Assembly: GCA_963825105.1 (NCBI GenBank)
Contig: CAWGSB010000024.1
Coordinates: 41,615 to 105,614, forward strand
DNA: 64,000 bases
Direction of reading: 5' to 3'
Origin: an uncultured Alphaproteobacteria bacterium
GTDB lineage: Bacteria > Pseudomonadota > Alphaproteobacteria > Rhizobiales > Xanthobacteraceae
Within the stretch, counting starts at the first letter, position 1. Each line of letters begins with the position of its first letter. The notes under the pieces are model-generated. The model ran no database searches. It was not told where the DNA came from and was given only the letters and a program-made list of their open reading frames with translations. Shown one piece after another: positions 22,910-35,803 of the stretch. Made by a program: the position numbers and the translations under genes.

Positions 22910-24628
22910 ATGACCATCACGACCAGCATCGACGGCACGCGCGCAAAAATCGACTGGACCAAGCCGGTGCTGTGGCTGTTCGCGGCGTGCCTGATCGTGC
23001 TGATCGTGCTGCCGCTGTCGTGGCTCGCGGTCTACAGCGTCACCGACAAGGCCCATCACGTGACGCTGCAGAATTTCGTCACGCTGTTCACCGATCCGGA
23101 TTTCCTCGATCCGTTGCTGACCACCGCGATCATCGCAACCACTTCCGCCGTGATCTGCTGCGCCGTCGCGGCGCCGATGGGATGGCTGGTGTCGCGCACC
23201 GACATGCCCGGGCGGCAGTTCATCCGCGCGCTGGTCACCGCCTCGTTCGTGACGCCGCCGTTTCTCGGCGCGGTCGCCTGGGAATTGCTGGCGGCGCCCA
23301 ACAGCGGATTGCTCAACCAGCTGTTTCGCTTCGTCACGGCGGCGGAAGCCGACGAGCATCTGTTCAACATCTATTCGCTGACCGGAATCATCTTCGTCAT
23401 CTCCTGCTACACCTTTCCCTTCGTGTTCGTGCTGGTTGCCAACGCGCTCGACAACATGCCCGGCGAACTCGAAGACGCTTCCGCCATCCTCGGCGGCAAG
23501 GCCTGGACCACGGCGCGGCGCGTCACCATTCCGCTGGCGCTGCCTGCCCTCGTCGCCGGCTCGCTGATCGCCTTCCTGCAGGCCATGACCCTGTTCGGCT
23601 CGCCGGCGATCCTGGCGCTGCCGGCCGGCTTCCACACCATGACCACGAAAATCTGGAGCCTGTTCCAGTATCCGCCAAAACTCGAACTCGCCGCCGCCGC
23701 CGCGGTGCCGCTGCTGCTGCTGACCATCCTGCTGCTGCAGGCGCAAAAGTTCATCCTCGGCCGCCGCGGCTATTCCGTGGTCGGCGGCAAATATGGCGCG
23801 CCGCGCCGCGTCGAAATGAAGAAATGGCGCTGGGCGGCGCTGGCGTTCTGCCTCGTGGTGCTGCTCAATCCGGTGTTCCTGCCGTATTTCGCGCTGCTCA
23901 ACGCGGCGTTCTCGCCGAACGCCACCACGCTGGTGACGCCGTCGACGCTGACGCTGCATAACGTCGTGTTCGTGTTCACCGAATTGTCGTCGACCCAGCT
24001 CGCGCTGAAGAACACGGTCATCCTCGGCACCGCGACCGCGACCGTCGGCACGACGCTGGCGCTGGTGATCGCCTATGTCACGACGCGCCGCGTGATCGCC
24101 GGCCATCGCCTGCTCGGCTTTCTCGCCACCGCCCCGGTCGCCGTTCCCGGCATCGTGCTCGGCGTCGGCCTGTTCCTCAGCTACACAAGGCCGCCCTTCG
24201 TGCTCTACGGCACGCTGTGGATCCTGCTGATCGCGTTTCTCACCATCAACCTGCCGTCGGCCTATCAGCAATTGCAGGCGGCGTTCGCCACCATCCATCC
24301 CGAACTCGAGGACGCCAGCCGCATTCTCGGCGCGACGCGGCTGCAGTCGCTGTGGCAGATCACCGCGCCGCTGTTGCGCACCGGCGTGATCGCGACCTGG
24401 TGTTTTATCTTTATCGGCGTGATGCGCGAACTGTCCGCGGCGATCGTGCTGTTCACCTCGCAGACCAAGGTGCTGACCGTGCTGATCTACGACCTCAACG
24501 AAAGCGGCGATCTCGCCGCGATTTCGGTGCTGGGCATCGCGATGCTGGTGATCACCTTCGCGGTGGTGCTGGCCGTCAACCGGATCCCGGTGTTCGGGGC
24601 CAATGCCGGCGCGCGGCTGCGGAATTAG
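22910..24628 (+). CDS. ABC permease with duplicated membrane domain (FbpB type)
   Basis: Two EAA loops (ELEDASAILG, ELEDASRILG). Confidence 0.93.
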   Translation: MTITTSIDGTRAKIDWTKPVLWLFAACLIVLIVLPLSWLAVYSVTDKAHHVTLQNFVTLFTDPDFLDPLLTTAIIATTSAVICCAVAAPMGWLVSRTDMPGRQFIRALVTASFVTPPFLGAVAWELLAAPNSGLLNQLFRFVTAAEADEHLFNIYSLTGIIFVISCYTFPFVFVLVANALDNMPGELEDASAILGGKAWTTARRVTIPLALPALVAGSLIAFLQAMTLFGSPAILALPAGFHTMTTKIWSLFQYPPKLELAAAAAVPLLLLTILLLQAQKFILGRRGYSVVGGKYGAPRRVEMKKWRWAALAFCLVVLLNPVFLPYFALLNAAFSPNATTLVTPSTLTLHNVVFVFTELSSTQLALKNTVILGTATATVGTTLALVIAYVTTRRVIAGHRLLGFLATAPVAVPGIVLGVGLFLSYTRPPFVLYGTLWILLIAFLTINLPSAYQQLQAAFATIHPELEDASRILGATRLQSLWQITAPLLRTGVIATWCFIFIGVMRELSAAIVLFTSQTKVLTVLIYDLNESGDLAAISVLGIAMLVITFAVVLAVNRIPVFGANAGARLRN

Positions 24629-24764
24629 GCAGTGTTCGACTGGCCTCAGGCTCTCTCGACGACAAAGCGACGCTCCCTCTCCCTTAGGGAGATGTCGTCA
24701 GGCTGCAACCCTCACTCGGATCGCAAGGGCGATCCGACCTCTCCCGACGGGAGAGGTGTACCGA

Positions 24765-25878
24765 CTACCGTTCGAGACCTTCGACCCGATACGCCTCGAC
24801 CTGCGCCTTCAGCCGCTCCAGCGAAGCGGTCGGCGCGTCGGGTTTGACGACGTGATCGCCTGCCGCCAGCCAGGAAAGAACTTTCAGGTCGACCGCCGGC
24901 GAATGGTGAATCACGTCGCCGTAGTTGCCGAGATCGTGCGTGACTTCGCTGCACCGCGCGAAAATCGTGCAGGCGGGCGTTCGGGAACTGGACCAGCCGC
25001 TGGGCCATATAGGCGGAGAAGTCGTAGACGATTTTCAGCGTCGCCGGCGAGGCGTCCCGCATCGCCACCCATTGCAGGATCGAATAGGGCGGAAGGTAGA
25101 TGTCGAACCGGACGTCGGGATGCCCGGCGATCAGGCCGACCGCATCGCGCTCGAAGTTGCGGACCATCGCGTCATAGTCGTACCCCTTCGCCAGGTAGAT
25201 GCGGCGTCCCGGAGCGGTGATGTATCTGAAGGCGGCAACCGCCTTCTTGGCGTTGTAGGCTTCGGCCAGGTCGACATCGGGCCTGAGGATGTTGATGTCG
25301 TCGACGCGGGGAATCGGGAATTTGAACAGGACGCCGGTGGTCAGCCGCGTGATGATCGGCTCGATCGGCCGGATCGACCGCGCCAGCATCCACGCCGACT
25401 CGCGCGCCATGGCGCCGCTGAGAAGGTAGCCCGCGATGCCTCTGGCATTCCGTCGGTAGAGATCGGCGGGGAAATAGACGTCCTGGTCGACATCCGGCGC
25501 ATCGGCGAAGATCCAGTCGTCGACCTGCCAGATGACCCGTTTGGCATGGCGCTCGAGCGCCGCGGCGAGCACAAAACTTTGCTCGTGGGAATTCGATCCC
25601 GTCATCGCCAGCTTCAGCGACTTCACGCCGAGCAGCCGGTCGATATCGCTCTGCCGGAAGTGAATCGCGAGCGAGGTGCCCATGAAGACCGTGTCGAAAT
25701 CCTGACTGCGGATTAATCCGGCGTTTTGCATGCGGCTGTCCTGCGAATACATCGCGGGCAAACGCGCGGGCCGGAACAGCTGCAGCGGATCGACGACGAA
25801 ATTGAGCGCGGCCGCCATCAGCATGATGGCCGCGCTCGCGCACAGGAACCGGAGCAGATTTTTGGCGGCTGCGCTCAT
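24765..25878 (-). CDS. MBOAT-associated periplasmic protein (SGNH-like; inference)
   Basis: NFVVDPL, MGTS, D..HH tail; start overlaps MBOAT stop; frameshift near 24945. Confidence 0.6.
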
Positions 25879-27317
25879 CAGAACCTGAAGTAGATGAATT
25901 CGCTGTGCTGCTGGATTCCGAGGATCCCGAACGCCAGCACCGCCGCGCCGGCATAGAGCAGCGCGGAGCGCATCTGCCACGCGCCAAGCCCCTCGCCGAC
26001 GGTCCGGTTCTTGTGATCGTAACCCATGATGGTCTGCGTGTTCGGCGCAAACCAGGCGATCGCGGCATAGAACGCGATGAAGGCGGCGTAGGCCATTTCG
26101 ACGCGGCCGAACACGATCCGGGTGGGATCGGCCATCTTCGACAGGATCGACAGCGCCGACGACATGCTGTCGGCGCGAAAGAACACCCAGGCGACGACGA
26201 CCGACAGGAACGTCAGGATGAACGCGGCGATATTCGCCACGGGCTCAAAGCGCGGCGCGATCCGCGGGGCCAAAACTGTTCCAGGCGTGATTGACGCAGA
26301 GGTACACGCCGTGCAGCGCGCCCCAGGCGACGAATGTCCAGGCCGCGCCGTGCCAGAGGCCGCCGAGCACCATGGTGATCATCAGGTTGACATAGCGCAG
26401 CACCGGGCCGTGCCGGTTGCCGCCGAGCGGGATATAGAGATAGTCGCGCAGGAACTGCGACAGCGTCATGTGCCAGCGCCGCCAGAAATCGATGATGCTG
26501 CGGGCCTTGTAGGGCGAGTTGAAATTGAGCGGCAGGAAGATGCCGAACATCAGCGAGATGCCGATCGCCATGTCGGAATAGCCGGAGAAATCGAAATAGA
26601 GCTGGAAGGTGTAGGCCAGCGCGCCGATCCAGGCCTGATCGAACGACGGCGCGGTCGGGGCCGAAGGCGAGCGCGACCAGCGGCTGGATGCCGTCGGCCA
26701 GGCAGGTCTTCTTGAACAGGCCGATCGCGAAGATGATCAGGCCGCACAGGATCAGGTGCGGATTCGGCCGCTTGGCTTCCGCGCGCTCGAACTGCGGGAT
26801 CATGTCCCTGTGGTGCAGGATCGGTCCCGCGATCAGATGCGGGAAATAGGTGACGAACAGCGCGTAATGCGGCAGCCGGTAACGCGCGACCTTGCCCCGG
26901 TAGGCGTCGACCAGGAAGGCGATCTGGGTGAAGGTGTAGAAGGAAATCCCGACCGGCAGCAGGATGTCGACCGCAAGGCCGGTGGAAAAGATCGCATTGA
27001 GGTTGGCGGCAAGGAAGCCGGCATATTTGAAGGTGCCGAGCACCAGAAGATCGCCGGCGACGCCGACCGTGAGGACCGCGAACCGCACGCCGCGGCGCGA
27101 GCCGCCTGCGATCAGCAGCAGGCCGATGACGTAGTTGAACGCGATCGACGCCAGCAGCAGAGCCACGAATTGCCAGTTGCTCGACGGAGTAGAAGGCCAG
27201 CGACGCCAGCGCCAGCCAGATCACGGGCGCCAGATTGCCGAGCCGGCCAAGCGCGAAATAGCCGATCAGGGCGATCGGCAGGAACAGGAAGATGAACGGA
27301 TAGGAGTTGAAGAGCAT
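25878..27317 (-). CDS. MBOAT-family O-acyltransferase (AlgI/DltB-like)
   Basis: [36 protein letters not shown]; frameshifted. Confidence 0.92.
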
Positions 27318-27346
27318 CAGGCGTTGTCTCAGATCTCGCAGGCGGG

Positions 27347-27460
27347 CCGTAGCCGTCCCAACGACGGCGTCGCTTCCGCTCGCCTATGCCCGGCCATCCA
27401 CGTCTTTCTTGCTTCAGCAAAGACAGGACGTGGATGCCCGGCACAAGGCCGGGCATGACG
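27347..27460. repeat. REP-like element (GTCATGCCCGGCCTTGTGCCGGGCATCCACG type)
   Basis: Paired ATCCACGTC/GACGTGGAT and ATGCCCGG/CCGGGCAT arms. Confidence 0.7.
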
Positions 27461-27647
27461 AATTACTTCATGCGGCCGCCGGGCTTCGCGGCGGGCCGAA
27501 AAGCCTAACCATACAACCCGCCCGCCAACAAGCCGTGCGCGGCTCTGGCGCAATGGCGGCATTTCTGGCAATCCGCTGGCGAGAACCGATATGGCAGTGC
27601 GGGACGTCGCCCGATCCGCGAGCACGACGAGGCCGAGTGACACACCG

Positions 27648-29803
27648 ATGGACAAAAAGAGTTCCCCGACACCGCCCGTCGCGCCGCGCCGGCCGCATTC
27701 GTTCACCACCCACGGCATCACCGTCGTCGACGACTATGCCTGGCTGAAGGATGACAACTGGCAGGAAGTGCTGCGCGACCCCGGCGTGCTGGACCCGGAT
27801 ATCCGAAAATATCTCGAAGCGGAGAACGCCTATACCGAAAGCCTGCTCGGCCATACCGGCGCCTTGCAGAAGACGCTGGTCACGGAAATGCGCGGGCGGA
27901 TCAAGGAAGACGATTCCAGCGTGCCCGCGCCGGACGGTCCCTATGCCTATATGCGCAAGTTCCGCGAGGGCGGCCAGCACGAAATGTTCGGCCGCATGCC
28001 GCGCAACGGCGGCGAGACCGAGATCGTGCTCGATGGCGACGCGCTTGCGGCCGACCATGAATATTTCAAGTTCGGCGGCGCCAGGCATTCGCCGGATCAC
28101 CGGCTTCAGGCCTGGAGCGCCGACATCAAGGGCTCGGAATATTTCTCGATCCGCGTGCGCGACTGGGCCGACCGCGCCGACCGTGACGACCTCGTCGAGG
28201 AAACCGACGGCGCGGTGGTGTGGAGCACGGACTGCAAAAGCTTCTTCTACGTCAAACTCGACGACAACCACCGCCCGATGCAGGTCTGGCGTCATCGCCT
28301 CGGTACGCCGCAGGCGGACGACGTTCTGGTCTACGAAGAACACGATCCCGGCTGGTTCACCCATATCCATGAAAGCTCCAGCAGCCGTTTCTGCGTGATC
28401 GCCGGCGGCGACCACGAAACCTCCGAGCAGCGGCTGATCGATCTTGCCGATCCCGATGCGCCGCCGCGCCTGGTCGCGGCGCGCGAGAAGGGCGTGCAAT
28501 ATTCGGTCGCCGACCGCGGCGACGAGCTGTTCATTCTCACCAATGCCGATGGCGCCATCGATTTCAAGATCGTCACCGCGCCGCTGAAGTCGCCGGAGCG
28601 CGCCAACTGGCGCGACCTGATCCCGCATCGCGCGGGCGTCTATGTCATCGATATCGAGCTTTATTCCGGTCACCTGGTGCGGCTGGAGCGCGCCAATGCC
28701 TTGCCCGCCATCGTCATCCGCGATCTCGCGATCGGGCGAGGAGCACGCCATCGCCTTCGACGAGGCGGCGTATTCGCTGGACACCATGGGCGGCTATGAA
28801 TTCGACACGACGAATTTGCGCTTTTCCTATTCGTCGATGACGACGCCGTCGGAAGTCTACGACTACGACATGGCGAGCCGGACGCGCAGTCTTGCGCAAG
28901 CGCCAGGAAATTCCCTCCGGCCACAACCCCGCCGATTACGTCACCACCCGCATCATGGCGACCTCGCATGACGGCGCCGAGGTGCCGGTGTCGATCCTGC
29001 ACCGCAACGATCTCAAGCGCGACGGCAGCGCGCCGCTGTTGCTGTACGGCTACGGCTCCTACGGCATGGCGATGCCGGCGTCGTTCTCCGCCAACCGGCT
29101 GTCGCTGGTCGATCGCGGGTTCGTCTATGCGATCGCGCATATCCGGGGCGGCACCGACAAGGGCTGGGGCTGGTATCTCGACGGCAAGCGCGAGAAGAAG
29201 ACCAACAGCTTTGACGATTTTGCCGCCAGCGCGCGCGCGCTGATATCGGCCAAATACACCGGGACAAAACGCATCGTCGCCCATGGCGGCAGCGCCGGCG
29301 GCATGCTGATGGGCGCGGTCGCCAACCGCGCCGGCGAGTTGTTCGCCGGCATCGTCGCCGAAGTGCCGTTCGTCGACGTGCTCAACACCATGCTCGACGA
29401 CACCCTGCCGCTGACGCCGCCGGAGTGGCCGGAATGGGGCAATCCGATCGAGAGCGAAGCCGATTTCAGGACCATCTTGTCTTACTCGCCCTACGACAAT
29501 GTCGCGGCGAAGGATTACCCGGCGATTCTCGCGATGGGCGGCCTGACCGATCCGCGCGTCACCTATTGGGAGCCGGCAAAATGGATCGCGCGGCTGCGCG
29601 CCACCATGACCGGCGGCGGCCCTGTTTTGCTGCGTATCAATATGGGCGCCGGCCACGGCGGCGCGTCGGGCCGCTTCAACCGGCTCGACGAAGTCGCGAT
29701 CGCCTACGCCTTTGCGCTGTGGGCGGTGGGAATGGCGGACAAGGGCACGATGATGCGAGCCCGGATGGAGCGCAGCGAAATCCGGGTACCCCTTCTCCGT
29801 TGA
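27648..29803 (+). CDS. ptrB: Oligopeptidase B (S9A peptidase)
   Basis: DDYAWLKD, YGYGSYG, GGSAGG, DPRV, GHGG; frameshifts near 28735 and 28890. Confidence 0.9.
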
Positions 29804-29845
29804 GGCGCCCCGGATTGCGCTTTGCTTCATCCGGGCTACGATCCC

Positions 29846-30235
29846 TTACGGCAGCGTGTAGGCCGTCTTGACGGCCGTATAGAATTCCGCGGCGTACTTT
29901 CCTTGTTCGCGCGCCCCATAGCTCGAGCCTTTCGGCCGCCGAACGGCACGTGATAGTCCACGCCGGCGACCGGCAAATTGACCATCACCATGCCGGCTTC
30001 GGCGTTGCGCTTGAAGTCGCTGGCATGTTTCAGGCTGGTGGTGCAAATGCCGGCGGACAGGCCAAATTCGGTGTCGTTGGCGGTGGCGAGCGCCTCCGCA
30101 TAATCGTTGACGCGAATCACAGCCGCAACCGGCCGAAGATTTCCTCGCGCGCGATCCGCATCTTGTTGGTCACGTCGGTGAACAGCGCCGGCTGCAGATA
30201 GAAGCCGGGCGTATCGCGCTTGAGGCGCTGCACCG
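29846..30235 (-). pseudogene. C-terminal remnant of an aldehyde dehydrogenase
   Basis: GFYLQPALF, REEIFG, NDTEFGLSAG, HVPFGG, REQG; no N-terminal part or room for it upstream. Confidence 0.75.
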
Positions 30236-30520
30236 AAGGCAGCTCTCTCGCCGGCCATCGGCGGGCATTCGACGAATCTGTCGGCGCGCCGCTGGGGCGG
30301 CTGATCGCGGGAGTTTATCAGCGCGCCGACGCGAGGCGAATCATCCGCTGCAAAGCGGCCTCCGACATCGTCTGCCCTGTACCGGGCATACCAAGGCCTT
30401 GATCCATCGCTTTTTTTCAACAACATCGGGCACGGCCCGCGAAAGAAAAGCTTGCGCGAGTACGGGCAACGGATTCACAACCCAGCATTGGACGCAAATC
30501 GCGCTCGCGGAAGGGCGGCT

Positions 30521-30952
30521 GTGGCAAAAGTTCTGATCGTCGACGATGACGTCGCCGTCCAGGCGACCATCCGGCTTTTGCTGGAGCGGGCCGGCCACAG
30601 CGTGGTTGTCGCCAGCGATGGCCAAAAGGGGCTGGCGATCTTCGAAGCCGGAAAATTCGATCTGCTGCTTCTCGATATCTTCATGCCGGGAATGGACGGG
30701 CTGGAAACGATGCGGCTCATTCGTCAACGCCAGCCGCTGTTGCCGATCATCGTGATCTCCGGCCGGCCGATCGCCTCGGATCCGGCCGCAGGTCCGGATT
30801 TCCTGGCGATGGCGACCAAGCTCGGCGCCGTCTGCTCCTTGCAAAAGCCTTTCAAACCTGCCGCCTTGCTGGCGGCCGTTGCGGATTGTCTTGACGCCGC
30901 AAAACGCCCGTCGTCATCTGTCCCAGCCGGTAATTTTGCCTCCGGCCCATGA
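30521..30952 (+). CDS. Single-domain response regulator
   Basis: VLIVDDD, LDIFMPGMDG, LQKPF. Confidence 0.9.
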   Translation: MAKVLIVDDDVAVQATIRLLLERAGHSVVVASDGQKGLAIFEAGKFDLLLLDIFMPGMDGLETMRLIRQRQPLLPIIVISGRPIASDPAAGPDFLAMATKLGAVCSLQKPFKPAALLAAVADCLDAAKRPSSSVPAGNFASGP

Positions 30953-31022
30953 TGCCAGGAAAGCGTCGCCCGTTCTGCCCGGCTGCGTGCCAAAGCGGGA
31001 CGGAAACGGCGCGAAGGTAGAG

Positions 31023-34000
31023 ATGACGCTTACAACCCGACTAGCCATCGCGATGGTTCTGCTGGTTGCGATCGCGGTATCCGCGGTCGGGTGGCTGAGT
31101 TATCGCAGCCTGGAGCAGGCGCTGTTGCCGCGCGTCCTCGATCGCATTGAGACGCATTCACGGTTGGTCGCCGCCGATCTCGAATCCTACGTTCGCGGCG
31201 CACGCGGCGATATCGCGAGCTTTCGAGCCGCGGCGGCGGTGAACGGGTTGATGCGCGCCCGTCTGGCAGGCGGGATCGATCCGATCGATGGCGTCTCCGA
31301 GAAGACGATGGCGCGAGCGGCTCGAAAATGGTTTTTCGGGCGTCAGCTCAATGCCAAGCCTGCCTATTCGCAGTTTCGCGTTATCGACGTCGAATGACGG
31401 CGGGCGCGAAATCTTCCGCGTCGACCGCTCGGGCCCGAACGGCGCGGTTCGCATCGTTGCCGAAGCAGAACTGCAGCCAAAGGGCGAACGGACCTATTTC
31501 AGGGAAACGATCAAGCTGGCCGCCGGGCGAAATATACGTCTCACCGCTCGACCTGATCGGGACAACGGGGTCATCGAGACGCCGCATAGAGCCGACGTTG
31601 CGCGTCGGCGACGCCGATTTTCACGCCCGACGGCAAACCGTTCGGCATTTTCATCGTCAACATCGACATGCGGCCGGCTCTCGACCGCGTCCGGTCATCG
31701 GGGCGGCAGGGCGGACAAATATACGTCGTCAACGAACGCGGCGACTATCTGCGTGCACCCCGATCCTGCTCGCGAATTCGGCTCGCAGCTCGGCACGCCG
31801 ACCAACTGGCGGAGCCGACTTCCCGTATCTGGCATCGTCGCTCGGAGCACGGCAGAGCGTCGCGCAGATCGTGCCGGATCAAGCTGGACAGCCGGGCGGG
31901 GTGGCGCTCGCTCCCGCCATTCTGGCCGGCAGTGAATGGATCGGGGTCATCGAAACCGTTCCGAACGCCGTCTTCATGGCGCCGGCGGCGGCCATCCAGA
32001 GTACTTCCCTGCTGGTCGGGTTGATCGCGGTGTTGTTCGCGGCAGCATTGGCCGTGTTCGTCGCGAGCTCGCTGACCCGGCCGATCCGTCAATTGACGGC
32101 AGCCGTCGAGGGCATCGGCAAGAACGATCCGGTCGCGATTCCGGTCAATGCGAGCGGCGAGACCGGCGTGCTGGCGCGGGCGTTTGCGCGCGTGCTGGAC
32201 GAGGCGAACGCCAAGACCGCCGCGCTGCAGCGCGAGGTCCAGGAACATCGCCGCACCGAGGCCGCGCGCGACCACTACGCGGCGCGCGAGCGCATTTTCA
32301 GCGCCGCCGTCGAATCGTCCACCGACGCCGTCGTTACGACATCGCTGGACGGCACGATCACCGGCTGGAACCCGGCCGCGGAACGCCTGTTCGGATACAC
32401 TGCGGCGGAAGCTGTCGGCAAAAATATCGATCTCATCGTGCCGCCCGACCGGACGGCAGAGGTGGCTGACATCCTGCGCCGGATCGGCTGGGGCGAAACG
32501 ATCGAGCACTACGAAACGGTGCGAGTGCGCAAGGACGGCAGTCCGGTGGAGGTTTCGCTCAGCATATTTCCGATCAAGACGCCGCCGTCGGGGGCGATCA
32601 TCGGCGTATCGACGATCGCGCGCGACATGACTGAAAGCAGGAAGACCGAGCAGGCGCTCAGCCAGCAGATCGAGGAACGCCGCCGCATCTTTGAAACCTC
32701 CCAGGATCTGATCCTGGTCTCGGACCCCAAGGGCATTCTGGTTCAGGTCAGCCCAAGCTCGGAAACCATCCTGGGATATCTGCCGGAGGAAATGATCGGT
32801 CACAGCGCGGGCGAATTCATCCACCCTGACGACCTCGAGAAGAACCGCGAGGAAATGCGCGCGGCGCGGCGCGGACGACATTCGCGGAACTTCGATTCGC
32901 GATTCGTCCATAAGGACGGCCGGATCGTGACGCTGTCGTGGTCGGGGACATGGTCCGAGCCGGTCAGGCGGTATTTCTCGGTCGGCCGCGACATGACCGA
33001 AAGCCGGTTGGCGCAGGAAACATTGCGCGAGAGCGAACAACTGGCGCGCGGCATCATCGATACCGCGCTCGATGCCTTCATCCAGACCGACGAGAGCGGC
33101 AGCATCCTGAACTGGAATTCGCAGGCGGAAAAGATGTTCGGCTGGCCGCGCCAGGACGCACTTGGGAAAAGCCTGATCGAATTGATTATTTCGGGACCTG
33201 ACCGCGACGAACTCAAAGCTGCTCGGGAGAGCTTTCTGCGCTCCGGGCAAGGCCAGATTCTCGGAAACCGCCGCGAAATCAGGGCCCGGCGGCACGATGG
33301 CAGCGAATTCACCGCCGAGTTGAGCGTCACCGCACTGAAGACCCGGGAGGGTTTCCTGTTCAACGGATTCTACCGCGATCTCACTGACAAGATCGCTGCG
33401 GAGGAACGGATTCGGCAGGCCGAAAAAATGGAAGCGCTCGGCCAGCTCACCGGCGGCATCGCGCACGATTTCAACAATATCCTGACGGTGATCACGGGAA
33501 CCATCGAAATTCTGGCCGAGGCGGTCGCGAGGGAACCGCAGCTCGCGGCGATCACAAGAATGATCGACGACGCCGCCGCGCGCGGCGCGGATCTCACCCA
33601 GCATCTGCTCGCGTTCGCCCGCAAGCAGCCGTTGCAGCCGCGCGAGACCGACGTCAACACGCTGATCATCGACACCGTCAAGCTGATGCGCTCCACGCTG
33701 GGCGAGCACGTCGAGATCGAATCGGTGTTCGAAGACGAAACCTGCATCGCCACCGTCGACCCCAATCAGCTGGCGACCGCTATCCTCAATCTCTCGCTCA
33801 ATGCCCGTGACGCCATGCCCGACGGCGGCAAGCTTATCCTCGAGACCGGCTCGGCCTTTCTCGATGAAGGTTACGCAAGCATGCACGGCGACGTCCGGCC
33901 CGGCCGCTACGCCCTGATCGCCGTCAGCGACACCGGAACCGGCATTCCCGCCGGCATACTCGACAAGGTGTTCGACCCGTTCTTTACGTCGAAGGGACCC

Positions 34001-34544
34001 GGCAAGGGCACCGGCCTCGGCCTGAGCATGGTCTACGGTTTCGTGAAGCAATCCGCGGGGCACATCAAGATTTACAGCGAGGAGGGCCACGGCACCACGA
34101 TCAAGATGTACCTGCCGCCGGGTACCGGACCCCTACCCGCCTCCGAAGCCGCCGCCGCGCCGGTCGGTTCAAGGCGGGCACGAAACAATCCTTGTGGTCG
34201 AAGACGACAAGCTGGTGAGAGACTACGTGCTGACGCAACTGCATTCGCTGGGCTACGTCACGCTGGATGCGGCGAACGCGGCGGAAGCGCTGGCTGTCGT
34301 CGAGGCGGGCAACGAATTCGATCTGCTGTTCACCGACGTCATCATGCCGGGCGCAATGAACGGCCGCCAGCTTGCCAACGAGTTGCAGAAACGCAAACCC
34401 GGGTTGAAGGTGCTGTTCACCTCGGGCTACACCGAAAATGCGATCATTCATCACGGCCGGCTCGACACCGGAGTCCTGCTGCTCGCCAAGCCGTATCGCA
34501 AGTCGGACCTGGCCGCCATGATCCGCAAAGCGCTCGCCGGTTGA
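31023..34544 (+). CDS. Hybrid sensor kinase (Cache-like periplasmic + HAMP + 3 PAS + HisKA/HATPase + REC)
   Basis: Two TM segments, LTRPIRQL, AHDFNNIL, GKGTGLGL, receiver; several frameshifts. Confidence 0.88.
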
Positions 34545-34617
34545 GGCCGTGCGATCCTTGCCGGTCGAGGGATATCAACTCGCGGATATCTGTTAGCGGA
34601 ACAGCCGGCACGCCGGT

Positions 34618-35253
34618 TCAGGACGCGCGCGAGGCGGTCATCACGATCCGGATGAGATCGGCCGCATTCCTTGCGCCGAGCTTTTTCATGATGTTGGCGC
34701 GATGATCCTCGATCGTGCGCGGGCTGATTCCAAGCTGGCGCCCGGCTTCCTTGTTGGACGCGCCGGACGCGAACTGCTCCAGCACTTCGCGTTCGCGCCG
34801 CGTCAACGGTTCGCGTCCGGGAAAATGCAGCGATGCGATTCTCGACGCGGAATTCTCCGCCTGCCGGCGCGCATACGCCCCGATCGCCTCATCCAGCCGG
34901 GCAACGATTTCGCTGCCCCGGAACGGCTTTTCGATGAAGTCCAGCGCGCCGCTCTTGATGGCGCTGACCGCCATCGCGATATCGCCCTGCCCGGAGATCA
35001 TGAAGATCGGCGCGGGATAGTCCTCGCCGTGAAGTTCTTTCAGGATATCGAGGCCCGATTTACCGGGAATGTGCACGTCGAGCAGGATGCAGGATGGGGT
35101 CCGGGTTCGCGCGACCGCCAGCAGCGCGGCGCCGTCCGCAAAGCAGATCACCTGATAGCCAGCCGCCGACAAGACCACCGAAAGGGTTTCGCGCACGGCC
35201 GGATCGTCGTCGACCACGAAGATTTCGCCGCGGGAGAGTGGTTTCTCGGCCAT
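34618..35253 (-). CDS. FixJ/NarL-family response regulator (REC + LuxR HTH)
   Basis: VVDDD, LLDVHIP, FIEKPF, LTRREREVL...ISPRTIEDHRANIMKKL. Confidence 0.92.
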   Translation of the reverse strand: MAEKPLSRGEIFVVDDDPAVRETLSVVLSAAGYQVICFADGAALLAVARTRTPSCILLDVHIPGKSGLDILKELHGEDYPAPIFMISGQGDIAMAVSAIKSGALDFIEKPFRGSEIVARLDEAIGAYARRQAENSASRIASLHFPGREPLTRREREVLEQFASGASNKEAGRQLGISPRTIEDHRANIMKKLGARNAADLIRIVMTASRAS

Positions 35254-35416
35254 GTACCATCGTCCATAGACAGTGAAAGATGACGCTCACTCGACGGAAT
35301 CACGCTTACGCTCGGAACAGATTCGAGCCCGCCCGTATTTGTACGGGACCACGACTTAACGCACAAGTAGTACCGGAGGTACAAAAAGACGCGGTCAAGG
35401 AGAGCTCTCATGCAGA

Positions 35417-35803
35417 GTGCAGCAGGCGGCGGCGCCTCGGACCCACCGGACGATCGAAATGACGGCCATCACTCGATCGTTTCCGACCTCGCATCGCCTG
35501 ATCGAGCACGTCCGGGCGAGCATGAAGCTGATCGAAACGGCCATCGCCGGGGCCGCGCCCTCGGGCGATCAGGAAATTGCCGCCAACGTTGTCGTACTGG
35601 ATGACGTCACGCCTCGCTACGTGAAGGCGCGTGCGGCATTGAGCGCTTGCGAGGCGGGTCTCGGCGTCGCCCTTCACGTTCTGCTGGACAGGCGGACATC
35701 GAAAAACGCGACCGGCAAGGCCGGATGCGGCCGGTTCATTCGATTGGTCGAACCTGAGGCGTCGCGAAACGTTTGCCGGCGCGATGCGCTCACGCGCCCA
35801 TAA
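35417..35803 (+). CDS. Hypothetical protein
   Basis: AAGGAG RBS; NVVVLDDVTPRY; start and end uncertain. Confidence 0.5.
   Translation: MQQAAAPRTHRTIEMTAITRSFPTSHRLIEHVRASMKLIETAIAGAAPSGDQEIAANVVVLDDVTPRYVKARAALSACEAGLGVALHVLLDRRTSKNATGKAGCGRFIRLVEPEASRNVCRRDALTRP

Noticed and set aside
31745-34090. Long antisense ORFs (also 4205-5785, 7355-9079, 38260-40044)
   Set aside because: Shadow frames of high-GC genes on the opposite strand with no recognisable motifs.
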